In this document: one piece after another, positions 35,778 through 46,694 of the stretch | Position numbering within the stretch: the stretch's first letter is position 1 | Layout of the letters: every line of letters starts with the position of its first letter | Source: Azolla caroliniana | Taxonomy: Eukaryota > Plantae > Polypodiophyta | Direction of reading: 5' to 3' | Assembly (NCBI GenBank): GCA_043228905.1 | Contig: JBHGNT010000005.1 | Span: 10,850,001 to 10,914,000, forward strand | Length of the DNA stretch: 64,000 nucleotides | Program-made: the position numbers and the translations under genes | The notes under the pieces: generated by a model | The model's database searches: none | What the model saw: only the letters and a program-made list of their open reading frames with translations | What the model was told of the DNA's origin: nothing

Positions 35778-36797
35778 GCATTACAATAGCAGGAGGTGAT
35801 AGTGTTAGAATTACACTCAAGAACATAACTCTCCATTGGGTTTGCATTGGGCTCCTGTTCTGAAGGAGATGGACCCCCTTCTGCAGATCTATCCTTCAGT
35901 TGTTAAAAAGAACACATTGGGCCAATAATTAAGCATAGTTAAGCTAACTTTATTAATCTACAAAGGCTTATTACCTTAGACAAACTAGAGGATTGTGTGT
36001 TCCCTTCAGCTATATTTTTGGGACAAGGCTCAGTTTCATTGGACCCAACATCCACGGTCTTAAGTTCAACAGCAGAATTTCCAAATGTCATATTATTAAG
36101 GAGGTTTGTACTTGAATCCTCATTATCATCACCAAAGTCTTCACTGGCACATAATACAGAGGAGTATCTACTCTCTTCATCTAGCAGCTCAAATTCCTTG
36201 CTCAAGGCCACACCTCTTTCTTGAAAGCACAATAACATGTGCTGATTATATTACGTTAACTAGCCTCAATCATAAGGAAAACCCATCATAAAGTTTAGTT
36301 TCAGCCTATCAATACTTCAAGGTAAATTTTATGCCATAGAGAAAAACTGTTCATTGCACGATGGGGTACACAGTCTTGAAGAATTTTTACCTCAGCCAAA
36401 TGAAGATTTTTTGTGCTCTGTCCTTCAATCTCACGCATAATACGCCATGCATCTCGCTCCCGCTCTCGCATTTGAGGACCCTTTTCGAGTTTGGTCGTAT
36501 ACAACTCTGCACGATTTTCACGGGATTTCCCATTTTGCAAACATTCTCCCCCTAAAGGAACATCCTGCAAGGAAAGAAGTCATCAAGTAAATATCTTGGA
36601 AAATTTATAAACATAAGGCAAAATATGTTGCATAAACTTTACCTTAGCGATAATTTGTACAAGGTCACTTGCATATATAATTAAGGTCTTTATTGGTCTC
36701 TTTCCCAAATCTTTAGCACTACCAATTTTTCTTGCTAATGGCCTCCAACTAGCTGCCTGTTCTTGCCAGTTCTGATGGGCTTAGAACAGGAAGAACT
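35778..36797 (-). pseudogene. Captured Ataxin-2-like (plant CID3/CID4) gene fragment, 4 exons with introns
   Basis: Spliced translation KRPIKTLIIYASDLVQIIAK|DVPL...ELYTTKLEKGPQMRERERDAWRIMREIEGQSTKNLHLAE|ERGVAL...DEESRYSSV matches the end of the Lsm domain and the LsmAD domain. Introns: 36642-36565, 36390-36221 (acceptor AG mutated to AA), 35974-35894. Confidence 0.85.
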
Positions 36798-37653
36798 CTA
36801 AAATAGTTTTAAGATATGTGCATTTATGAGATGTAAGTTAAATACATTCTTAGGTTTAAGTTAAATACATTCTGTATTTTGATTCAGTTATACGCTTCGA
36901 TTTTAACTTCACATAAAATTTGCAGCTCGTTGTTGGTTGATCCTCCCTATTCGCTCGTTGCCGATTTCTCATCCTTGCTCACTCGTTGTCGATTTCTCAT
37001 CCTTGCTCGCTCGTTGCCGATTGCTCATCCCTGCATGCTTGTTGCCACTCTACCACTTTAGTACGTATGTTTGTCTTTCTTTGTTATGTGAATTCTCTCT
37101 ATTTTCTCTGTTTTCAAATAACATAACCATCTGAATAAGTTATGACAGTGGAGAGAGTAAATAGACTATGAATAAGTATTATGTTTGTCTTTTGAATATA
37201 AATCAATATAATTGTCACGACTCACAACATAATATCTTTAATGACACTATCAAGAGTGTTTGATTGATCAATTGTTCATGACAAAATGTTCATTTAATTG
37301 CAGTTGTATTGTCCTCTTGTTTTAATATATACACTACCTTTTTTGTCTTCATCCTTTCCTTCAATATGGTTTGCAATATATTTGTTTCCTCGATGTCTTT
37401 CACATTACATACATGGATTTGCATGTGTGTGTAAGCTAATGTGAGGCATCCTCTTTCTTCTTTATTTTTTGATAGATTGGAAGATCTATAGTGGAAACTC
37501 AATCCTTATTGCCTCATAATCTTCAAATATCACCGGTATCTTAATTTGTTTTTTCTCTTTGGGAAACATGGATTGTGTATGTATGTTTCGCCTTCTCGTA
37601 AATGGAATCCATAGATTATGTTAGTCCAACGTTCTTTACATTATTGTTACAGT

Positions 37654-39791
37654 ATGTCCCACAACCAAAATATAAAAGGCAAAGGAAAGCAAATCAGCCT
37701 CTTTACAATGCCTGGTTTTAGGAAAAACTTTCCATCTTCCAATAAAGATGTGTCTCTAGAAGAGCCTATAAAGGACCATCAACAATCTAAAGAATTACTT
37801 CATGAGATGAATAGAATTAGTACGGCCAAACTAAAATTTCAAGAAGATTGGCTTAGTAAATTTAAGTGGCTTCAAGAGAATTTGGAAACTGGACTTTTAT
37901 GGTGTAGTTATTGTAGGAGTGATCCTCATTGTAAGTCTTCATTTGGCAAAAACAGGTGCCAAAAACTTTAAGACTTCTGCATTAGAAGAACGTGCAAGAA
38001 GTCTGGCCCATCGAGATGGCATTTTGTTACAAGAACGAGACAAGAATGGTCTTGAAAAATGTGCATAAAAAAAAAGCTAGTGTGGATGTAGCAATTGAAA
38101 AATTGTTTAAATGTGCATATTTTATAGCTAAAGAGGATTTGGCATTTAGAAAATTGGAAAGCCTCTTACGATTGTTAAGAGAATGTGGTGTGGAAGGCCT
38201 TCCACGAATGTATAACGATAATAAGGCTTGTGCAAGCTTTATTTTGCACATTAGCAAGGCTCTTGAAGCTGAGATCTATGATAGGTTGAGGAAAAGTCCT
38301 TGGTTTGGACTTATGGTAGATGAAGCTACCGATGTAAGCGTAACCAAGAACTTGATCCTTTACGCTACATTTGTGCAAGGAAGGCAAGTAAGAACCTCTT
38401 ATTTGGGGTTACTTGAAGTAGAGGAACATCTGTTATGGTAGGTACGTCTACAGGTGTTGCTACAAGATTGAAGTCATATAACCCATTTATGACTTCATTA
38501 CATTGTTGTGCACATCAAACAAACTTGTGTGTGCAAGAGGCTTCAAAGAACATTGAAGTCAAAGAAACATGCAAGCAGTTAGATGCCCTTGTGAATCGGG
38601 TGGCTGCACATTTCTCAAGGAGCTCAATGCGCCAAGGTGAATTAAGTAAGATGCAAGATGCATTAGAATACACGCATTTGCATATTCTTGGGATTGTGAA
38701 GACACAATGGCTTAGTCTGCATGGTGCTATCATGAGGGTATGTGATGTGTATGAACCATTGATGAAGACTTTGCAATCGCAAAGTGATGCATACAATGTA
38801 TTCTTAAGTTTAAGAAACTTCAAAGTAGTGTATATGCTTCACTTCCTTACAGATGTACTTAAGATCATGTCAACGTTAATTATGGAATTCCAAAAGGAAT
38901 ATGTGGATGTCACACATTGGAGGTTTGGCTATGATAGCCATTGGGGAGATAGAAGAACAATTTCTACATCATGTTATAATGGATCTCAATGGTTTTGAGA
39001 ATGATAGCTATAATTATCCAATTATTCCAGAATATGGTAGAGAAAAATGAATGCTTTCAGTTTTAAGAGATGTTATTAAAGGTAATATGTATAAAAGCAT
39101 CCTCATGGATAGAAGTATTGATGGTGAAGACTTAATTGAAGCCATACGATTCCAAACTTTGTTTTCTAAGGCATTAATAAAGACAATAAAAAAGAGGCTT
39201 CAAGATCCGGTAACCCTTTCCGCATTGAAAATGTTATCACCAATGAACATTTCTACCGGATCTACAAGCATTTTAGCACGAAAAACTATGGGTCTTAATG
39301 AGTTGAAAACACTTGGAAATTTTTATGGCATTCAAAAAATGGTAGATGGGAAAGCGTTTTCTCCCATAATTGATAATGATAAATTGTATTATGAATATGC
39401 AATTTTCAAAAGGCAAGCTACCACGGAATGGCTTGGAAGAGATTTCTTAGATGTTTGGGGTATGATAAATTGTAATGATGTGTGGAAAGAAAAGCTACCC
39501 GAACTTCTAAAGCTTTCATTGATAGGGTTAATTCAATGTTATTCTACAGCAGCATGTGAGAGAGGCTTTAGTCGCATAAATCTAATAAAAAATAAGTTTA
39601 GAAATAGGCTAAAAAACAATGTCGTTGATGCATTGATACGAATCTCTAGTGAAGGACCTGAACTATAAGAACATGACTTTAGTGCCAACATTTTGTTGTG
39701 GCGAGAAAGCAAGGCATATCGTCATATTTTTACAGGAACTTCTCATGAGCATGATGATGACATCGAGGACTTCATAGAAGATATAGATTAA
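37654..39791 (+). pseudogene. hAT transposase (ZNF862-like), with frameshifts, stops and an internal deletion
   Basis: KFQEDWLSKFKWL...WCSYC (TTF-type Zn finger), AYFIAKEDLAF, FGLMVDEATDVS, GTSVMVG..GVATRLK, HCCAH, TQWLS, and C-terminal dimerisation motif STAACERGFSRINLIKNKFRNRL. Confidence 0.92.
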
Positions 39792-41738
39792 AACTTTGTA
39801 AATTTGATTGATTTTGTTTTGGAACTTTCTATATATTAGATCTAATTAGATCTGATATGCTGTTAATGCTACTTTACAAAGGTTTGAAAAGTGAATTATG
39901 TTTATAAAGTTAGAATTTATTTTTGTTAAATATATATCTTTAGTTTTTGGGATCCAAATTTTTGTGATTGATTTGATTTGGTATCGCGCTAGAATATTTT
40001 TTTGGTATGCTGCCAAAAACAAATTTCAACATGTTCCGGTTGAAATTATCGCTAGTAGGAACGTGGCCGGCCAAAATTTTAAAATTCCGGTTAGGTTCAT
40101 GAGAAGCAGGAAAATTTCTGGTAGGGGCTAGAGACTTTGCCCAACACTGGTGCACATGTGTGAGGATAATATAGGTACAAAAGTGTAAGTCCTATATTAA
40201 ATGTACTTAGGAGTGGAGGATCTAGAATATCCCACTTAAGTACAAGGTCCTATGTAAGGTGTTATAGTCAACACTTCTAACTAGATTCTATCTAGGTAAC
40301 TACAAAGTTACATGGTTGACTAACTAACTAAACTACGTTGAACTTGATCTCTCAACAAAAAGAAATCAGGAGAAAAAAAGTGATGGCATTCCAATACTAG
40401 GGTTAGGTTATGTTTTTTATGTAACCTTGCACTAATGCCTTCGTTTTTTATAATCTTTGGCTTTTGTGAAGCTTGTTCAGAGAGTTTCCGATTATTATTG
40501 GCATGTGAAGTTTCATAGTCATTACGAACAATTACAAGGAAAATCGTCACATTCTTAGGTTTATTTTCAATCTATGTTTGATGTCTAACACAACAGGAAG
40601 TGGGTTGGTGCTTGTCTCATTCTTCCACCAAATGCATCTTCATATGATGTTCATGTATCACTTTTGGAACCTTATGCTTTGAGCTTGATTCTAGATTGTG
40701 TTGTTCCTCTGGCACCTCCTAAACCATTTTGGACTTCAAAGTTGTGCGCAATACATTATATTACTTGGTTCCTTGGTTAAGGTATACACCAGTGATCAAA
40801 CATGGGAACTTGACAAATATTTGAACTCATGACTTATCTAGAGTATATACGAAATATTATGAAATGTCGTCACCTCACACATGCTCATGCATAATCACCA
40901 AGTAGCTTTATCATGAAGTGTATGTCACATGTACACGAACAAGCATTGGGCCTCTATTCGCAAGTAGTGGTGGAGGAACGAAAAGATGGCTTCAAAGGAT
41001 AGTTTTTGCCAAGATAGGTCTCGAACACACAAAGCCCAGATTTCAGCCCTCTTTTTGAGAATTTTTTGAGCCAAGTTGCTATTTTATTCTTCTTGACACA
41101 CATATTATTTTGTTTTTTTCTCTTTAGACCTTCTTTCTCCTCCCTTTTACATATTAAGATGAGCACACCTTTATATAGGGTCTCACATGCATTAAGGGCT
41201 AAGAGCATGTAGCCACTTAGCATTCACGGTTTAGCTAACATACAATAATCTTTTTTTTTAATATATGAAATAGTTATCTTAGTGATAGTTGTGTTCCCCT
41301 AAATTAGATAATTTACATACTTGCTTTGGAGGTGGTTTCCCATCGTGTGGCATTGGCAACACGATAGTGTGCGTGCATGGCTATGAGTTGGCAAGCATGC
41401 ATGTATGTGTCCAAACAATGCTATACATGCATATGTATTCCGGTTCGACGCTAGTATTCGACAAACTCGTGTATATCTTGTTCTTACTGTGTCAATCACG
41501 TCTTATTTCCCTCTCATAATTTCTCTCTTTATTCCTTTTTTTCAATTCAGTCGTGGTTCTTGGCAATGGCCTTGACGACGGGTTCTCATTCGACGACTAG
41601 TAGGAAGGAAGGAAGGCTGAAGTGATAAAAGCTTGGGGTAGTGGGAGGGAGTTAGTGGTTGGAACCGGAAGGAAGGTAAGCTTAATATGCCATATCCGTA
41701 GTTTAACCAAATTCAAACACTAAATAAACAAACACATG

Positions 41739-41821
41739 CATACATACATACATACATACATACATACATACGTGATACATGTATGTATGTATGTATGTAT
41801 GTATGTATGTATGTATGTATG
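41739..41821. repeat. Inverted microsatellite (CATA)8 ... (TATG)10
   Basis: Complementary tetranucleotide arms separated by a ~9-nt spacer, ~270 bp upstream of the TPR gene ATG. Confidence 0.9.
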
Positions 41822-42093
41822 GGCAAGCACTAACTAGGTCAGAAATACATACTCATTTTCCTGAGAGCCAGACACACAGAGACAGACAGACAGACAGACA
41901 CAGCCAGAACAGAGGACAGATGCTCGCTTCTTCTTCTTCTTCTTCTTGTTTGGTCGACCCGTCCTTCATTCGCACCATCGACTTGATCGACGATTGGTAG
42001 GACTCTGCTTTACCTTCCCCTGTTGTTCTCCCTTTCCCATCTTCTTTACTTCCTCTGTGTTTCTCTGCCCGCCAAAGAAACGAGAAAAAAGAA

Positions 42094-45000
42094 ATGGTCG
42101 CTGAACGATCTTTCACTAGGCTTTTACATTATGCTAAGAGGAATTATGGAAGTGGAAGCTTTCCCCGTTTCTATAGCTTTAACAGATCTTGCATGGAAGA
42201 GAAAGAAACGTCATTGATTTGTAGAAAGGTTGAGAAAAGCCACTTCTCGGGAATAGTTCTGAACTTAAGAAGCTCGTGCCATGGCTATCATATAACTCGC
42301 CATGGAGTTCTTGCAAGAAGATTTGGGTGTTCTTCTTCCATTACCTCTGTTACTCATGAGGTAGAAGAAGATTTTGATGCTGAGCCATGTAAGCAAGTGA
42401 GAAATTACTCCAAATATGCATGTTCTGAAGATAACGATCATAAGTTATCTGTTCGGATTGAACCACCTCGAGCTGGAATTTTGGATAAGGAAGTCCTCAG
42501 GAAGCGTAGAACGCGGCCTTTTGCTGAGAAATGCTGGATGCAAAGTTTAGGAGTTGGTTTGTATCGTGATAAGTTGAAGAATCGAAGAGGGTATGGCACA
42601 GCAGCTATGTCCTCAAACAACAATGAAGGGGAAGATGGACATCATGAATTTGATGAGAAAGATGGAAAACGTGTGTTGAATGTGAAAGATGGGAAACATA
42701 TGGTGAATGAGAAGAATGGAGATATGCAAACAGTAGGAGATGAGAGAGAGATTGATGAAGTAGGGATTGTTGATACAGATAGTGATGAGGAGGATCGTGA
42801 TTATTGTGATACGAACAAACCCGCTATCTCTTCTGCAATTAAGGAAGAAAGCATAGAGGCGCTTGAAGCATCATTAAGAGAATTGGAAGAAACAGTAGAG
42901 GCAAATGATCCTCGTATTGGTACCACATGTTTAAGACTAGCACAACTATATGATTCCTTGGATGAAGAACCGGAAAAGATATTGTCTTATGGTGGAAAAG
43001 CACTTAAGATTCTGGGATCTTCAGAACCATCATTTGAGTGTGCTATGTGTGATCATGTTCTTGGGTCTGCATATTATAAGATGGATGACTCTGAAAATGC
43101 AATAAAACACTTAGAGAAGGCAGCTACAATGCTGGAGAAATTGGGAAATTCCAAGGTTCGTGAAGTTGGAACCATAAGGTATGCCATTCAAATTCTTTTG
43201 GGACATGCTAAGATGTCTATTGGGAAACAAGAAGATGCATTGAAACATTATCGTGATGGTGTTTCTATCAATGAGGAGTTATTGGAACCAGGTAACCCTG
43301 ACCTTGCCAGATCTTATCAACAAGCTGCCGAGGCTTATATCGAAGCAGAAGAATATGAAGAAGCTCTTAACTTGTGCATGAAGGCACTACCAATCTATAC
43401 GAATTTCTATGGGTCAAATTCTTTTGAAGTGGCATCCCTAAGAAGACTTATGGCTGTTATTTATGATGACCTTGAAGACTTTGAAAAGGTCCTTGCCCAG
43501 CATGAAATAATTAGACCGATTTTGGTGAAATTGGGAAAATCTAAAGAAGTTTCTTCTCTGGATTTGCAATCTGGAGAGACTTTGATTTCTCTCGAGAAGT
43601 TTAAAGAAGCCATCATAAAGCTAAAGGATGTTGTTAAAGAGACTAAAGAAGCTAGCCGCTTTCATGGACATGCACTGGTTTTGATCGGTAAAGCCTATGC
43701 AGAAATGGAAGAGAACAGTAAGGCTGCCAAATATTGCAAAAAAGCATTAAATGCTTTGAAAAATAAAAAATACTCCCTTGAAGCTGGATCAAGCTTGATG
43801 GAGTTAGGGTCAGTTTATCAACAAATAAATGAACCAGACCAAGCTATGGCATCCTTGAAATTGGCTCATTCTATCTTTAAACATCATCCAGATCAGCTAG
43901 GAGCTTCAGCTGAAATTGAAGGCCAGATAGGAGGGCTATTCCTCTATACAGGCAAAGTTAAAGAGGCATTACCATATTTAGAGAAGAGTGTGGATATGTT
44001 AGAGACCATTTATGGCAAAGATAGTATAGAGCTACTAGCTGTTTATAATCACATTGCCATTGCTTATTTAGAACTAGAAAGATATGAAGATGCATTGGTC
44101 AAGTTTGAAGCTGCTAGAGTAATATCGACTGAGAATCATGGACCAGAAGATGGCGATACAATTGCCATATATTGCAACCTTGCCAACACATATTCTGCTT
44201 TAGAAAGGTTAGTAGCGAAAACTTATAAATATTCTGTTTTTGAGGTTTTGCTTGGACATCTCTTAACCTTTATCTATTCCAAAGTCACTAATGTTGAGAA
44301 CTTCCATCAAAGAAGATGAGACAGGACTTGATATGAAAGGAACTCTTCACTCAAGCTTTTATCCGAACTGTGAATATTCTCATGGGCTTATGTGTGCTTA
44401 GCGCTCACACTCTAGAATCTAGAACAAAATTTAATTGTTTAAACTCCAACATTTTGTCTCAAGTACATTTTTCTACAGTTACATAGGATGAGGAGCATGA
44501 ATGGCAACAAGAGGAAGAGGGATATGGGCATGACGTGGCCATGGCATATTGCCGCCTTCCCACTGTAGGATATCTTGAGATTGAGAAAGAATCTTATGCA
44601 GTAATGTGTCGCTTTTTAACGTCAGTATACTCTATGACTCTTTCAACATGTCGATATTCTCCTCTGCTGACAATAGGAAAACAATGCCAAGTAGATTGAT
44701 AAAAAGGAAGAGAATACACACATTAAAAAGGAAAAAGTGGGTGTGGATCCTATTTTGTCCAGCTTGTAAGCTATTGTTCACCTTGCTTCATGAGACATAT
44801 GCTTTGCATTATACAATGCATACATGCAGCTAGCTTGCTGTCCCCTCCATCAATTAAAAACTGATCCAACTCTCATGTTTATGATGATCAAACATTTATT
44901 CTCTCCAAAACTGTGCAATTGTGTTAATGCATTTAGATCCACATGTAAGCCAGCAGGATTTCCAATTAATGTCATTCTTGATGCATTCCTTCCTAGTGTG

Positions 45001-45275
45001 GTGTAAGAATTGATGGCATGAACTTCCAGATGATTGAAAATACTGTATCCATCAAGCAATGAATATCATGGAGAGAATTTTAATTGTATGGTTTTACGAG
45101 CATTGTTGTGCTTTGGTATTTAACATTTACCTTTTTGATGTTCAGGCTTGATAAAGCAATTGAGTGCCAAAAGCATGTAGTTGCGGCAGTCAAGAAGGGA
45201 GGATCGCAGTTCCATGTTACCTTGACTGAAGCTGAGAAAAAGCTTAAGGAGCTATTGCAGCAGGCAAAATCTTAG
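42094..45275 (+). CDS. TPR protein, kinesin-light-chain-related/NPHP3-like; exons 42094-44207 and 45146-45275; ~747 aa
   Basis: Tandem TPR helices (CDHVLGSAYYKMDDSENAIKHLEKA, VYNHIAIAYLELERYEDALVKFEAA, YCNLANTYSALER|LDKAIEC). The GT-AG intron restores a TPR. The basic N-terminus may be a mitochondrial presequence. Confidence 0.85.
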
Positions 45276-45596
45276 AGTGGAATGGAGTTCAGAATGGTCT
45301 TCTAGTTTCTTTTTATTCACGAAAATAATTCTGCACAAGTATTACATAGAGGCTGAATAAAAGATGGCCGTTTTGAGTTCAGATAAATTTTGATAGAAGA
45401 AATGATTCAGTAAATTATTTTGTTCAATCAAAAGATACATGTAACTTCACGTCTGGCAAGTAATGATAAAGAAATATAGCTGAGACTTTTGAAAATATGC
45501 AAAAAATATCCATGGTTGCATTGTTGCAGTTCATGTTTTAGGGTGGTGGATTCATGTTAATCAATGGTTTGCTTGGTTCCATTGGCATTGCGATTA

Positions 45597-45755
45597 CATT
45601 TCATATGACAAGGTGATGTAAGTGATAGGACTAGCATTATCTTGCAATTGAATGGATTTTCTTTTGGTTGTACGGCCATTTCATATGACAAGATGATGTA
45701 AGTGATAGGACTAGCATTATCTTGCAATTGAATGGATTTCTTTTGGTTGTACGGC
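45597..45755. repeat. Tandem duplication, 2 x ~80 bp
   Basis: catttcatatgacaag...gttgtacggc at 45597 and 45677. Confidence 0.93.
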
Positions 45756-46694
45756 TAGTATTACCATTTTTCATGTACTGCTTAACCACTGATTTCCACA
45801 TTCAAAAAGAAGATCTGGAAATTATGCTCTTTTAAGTATGTTTGCATTTACCATTTGTCATGTTTTGATTTTTTTCATGAAACCCACTTTATTAACGAAA
45901 TAGAAGGTAATTAGTATGTGTGAGCACCTTTTGAATGTCAGACTAGCCTATTGGAACAATAATAAATGTTTGCAAAGAAAGCTTAAAGTTATCCTCAGAA
46001 GTGAGGTCCTGCAAAACCTTCTTCTAGCAATAAAGGTAACTTACCTTTTTCGAAATGAAATACATAAAATCAGAGATCATAATAATGGAAAAATTGTAGG
46101 CTGAAAAGGTTTAGATCGTTATGTGCATGCCAAAGAGTTTAATCGACTGATGACAGGAGAAGTTACCCTGTTCTTGTCTCCATAAATTTTAGAGACATGG
46201 TAGATATAGATCTTTAACACTTCCATCTTCCCCTCGCGTCTCAGATTTGTGGATCTTTTTTTTTTTTTCTTGAAGCCATATTGGCGAATATAATAGATAA
46301 CCATTTCTGTCCCAGCCCTCCCTTCTCAATTCAAATTGGTGGATTTTATCTTAATGCTTTTTGGAGGACACATAACTGGATAGTTCGATATTTTTAGAAT
46401 GTTTACAAAGTTGTGTTTCATGCAATCATGGAACTTGTTCAATATATATTGATATACTGAATCCATGAATTGTTCAAAAGAGCATACTACATAGCCTTCT
46501 TCAACTAGTTAATTATCTATGATTATCTAGATCTTCCTGATCAATTCCAGAACGCGTATTCACATACATAAAATTGTCATGGCCGAGCAGCACAGAAGAT
46601 GCAGAGTCCCCATTCTGCTTGATTTCATTTTATTTTGACAAGTCTACATCTTATAAAGTTAAATTGAAGGGAACTTTGTAAGTTATGAATCTCG

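Larger units (their letters stand above)
35045..40149 (+). mobile_element. hAT DNA transposon, 5105 bp, with decayed transposase and a captured host gene fragment
   Basis: 17-bp perfect TIRs CAGTGTTGGGCAAAGTC / GACTTTGCCCAACACTG. 8-bp TSD GTGCACAT (35037-35044 / 40150-40157). Confidence 0.96.
34796..40357 (-). mobile_element. Family A solo LTR split by a hAT insertion (34796-35044 and 40150-40357)
   Basis: The two halves join into one LTR homologous to 4405-4846. 5-bp TSD AAAAG (34791-34795 / 40358-40362). Confidence 0.93.

Noticed and set aside
44208-44319. C-terminal tail of the 741-aa TPR ORF
   Set aside because: Read-through into an intron. The GT at 44208 and AG at 45145 give a better TPR-completing exon.
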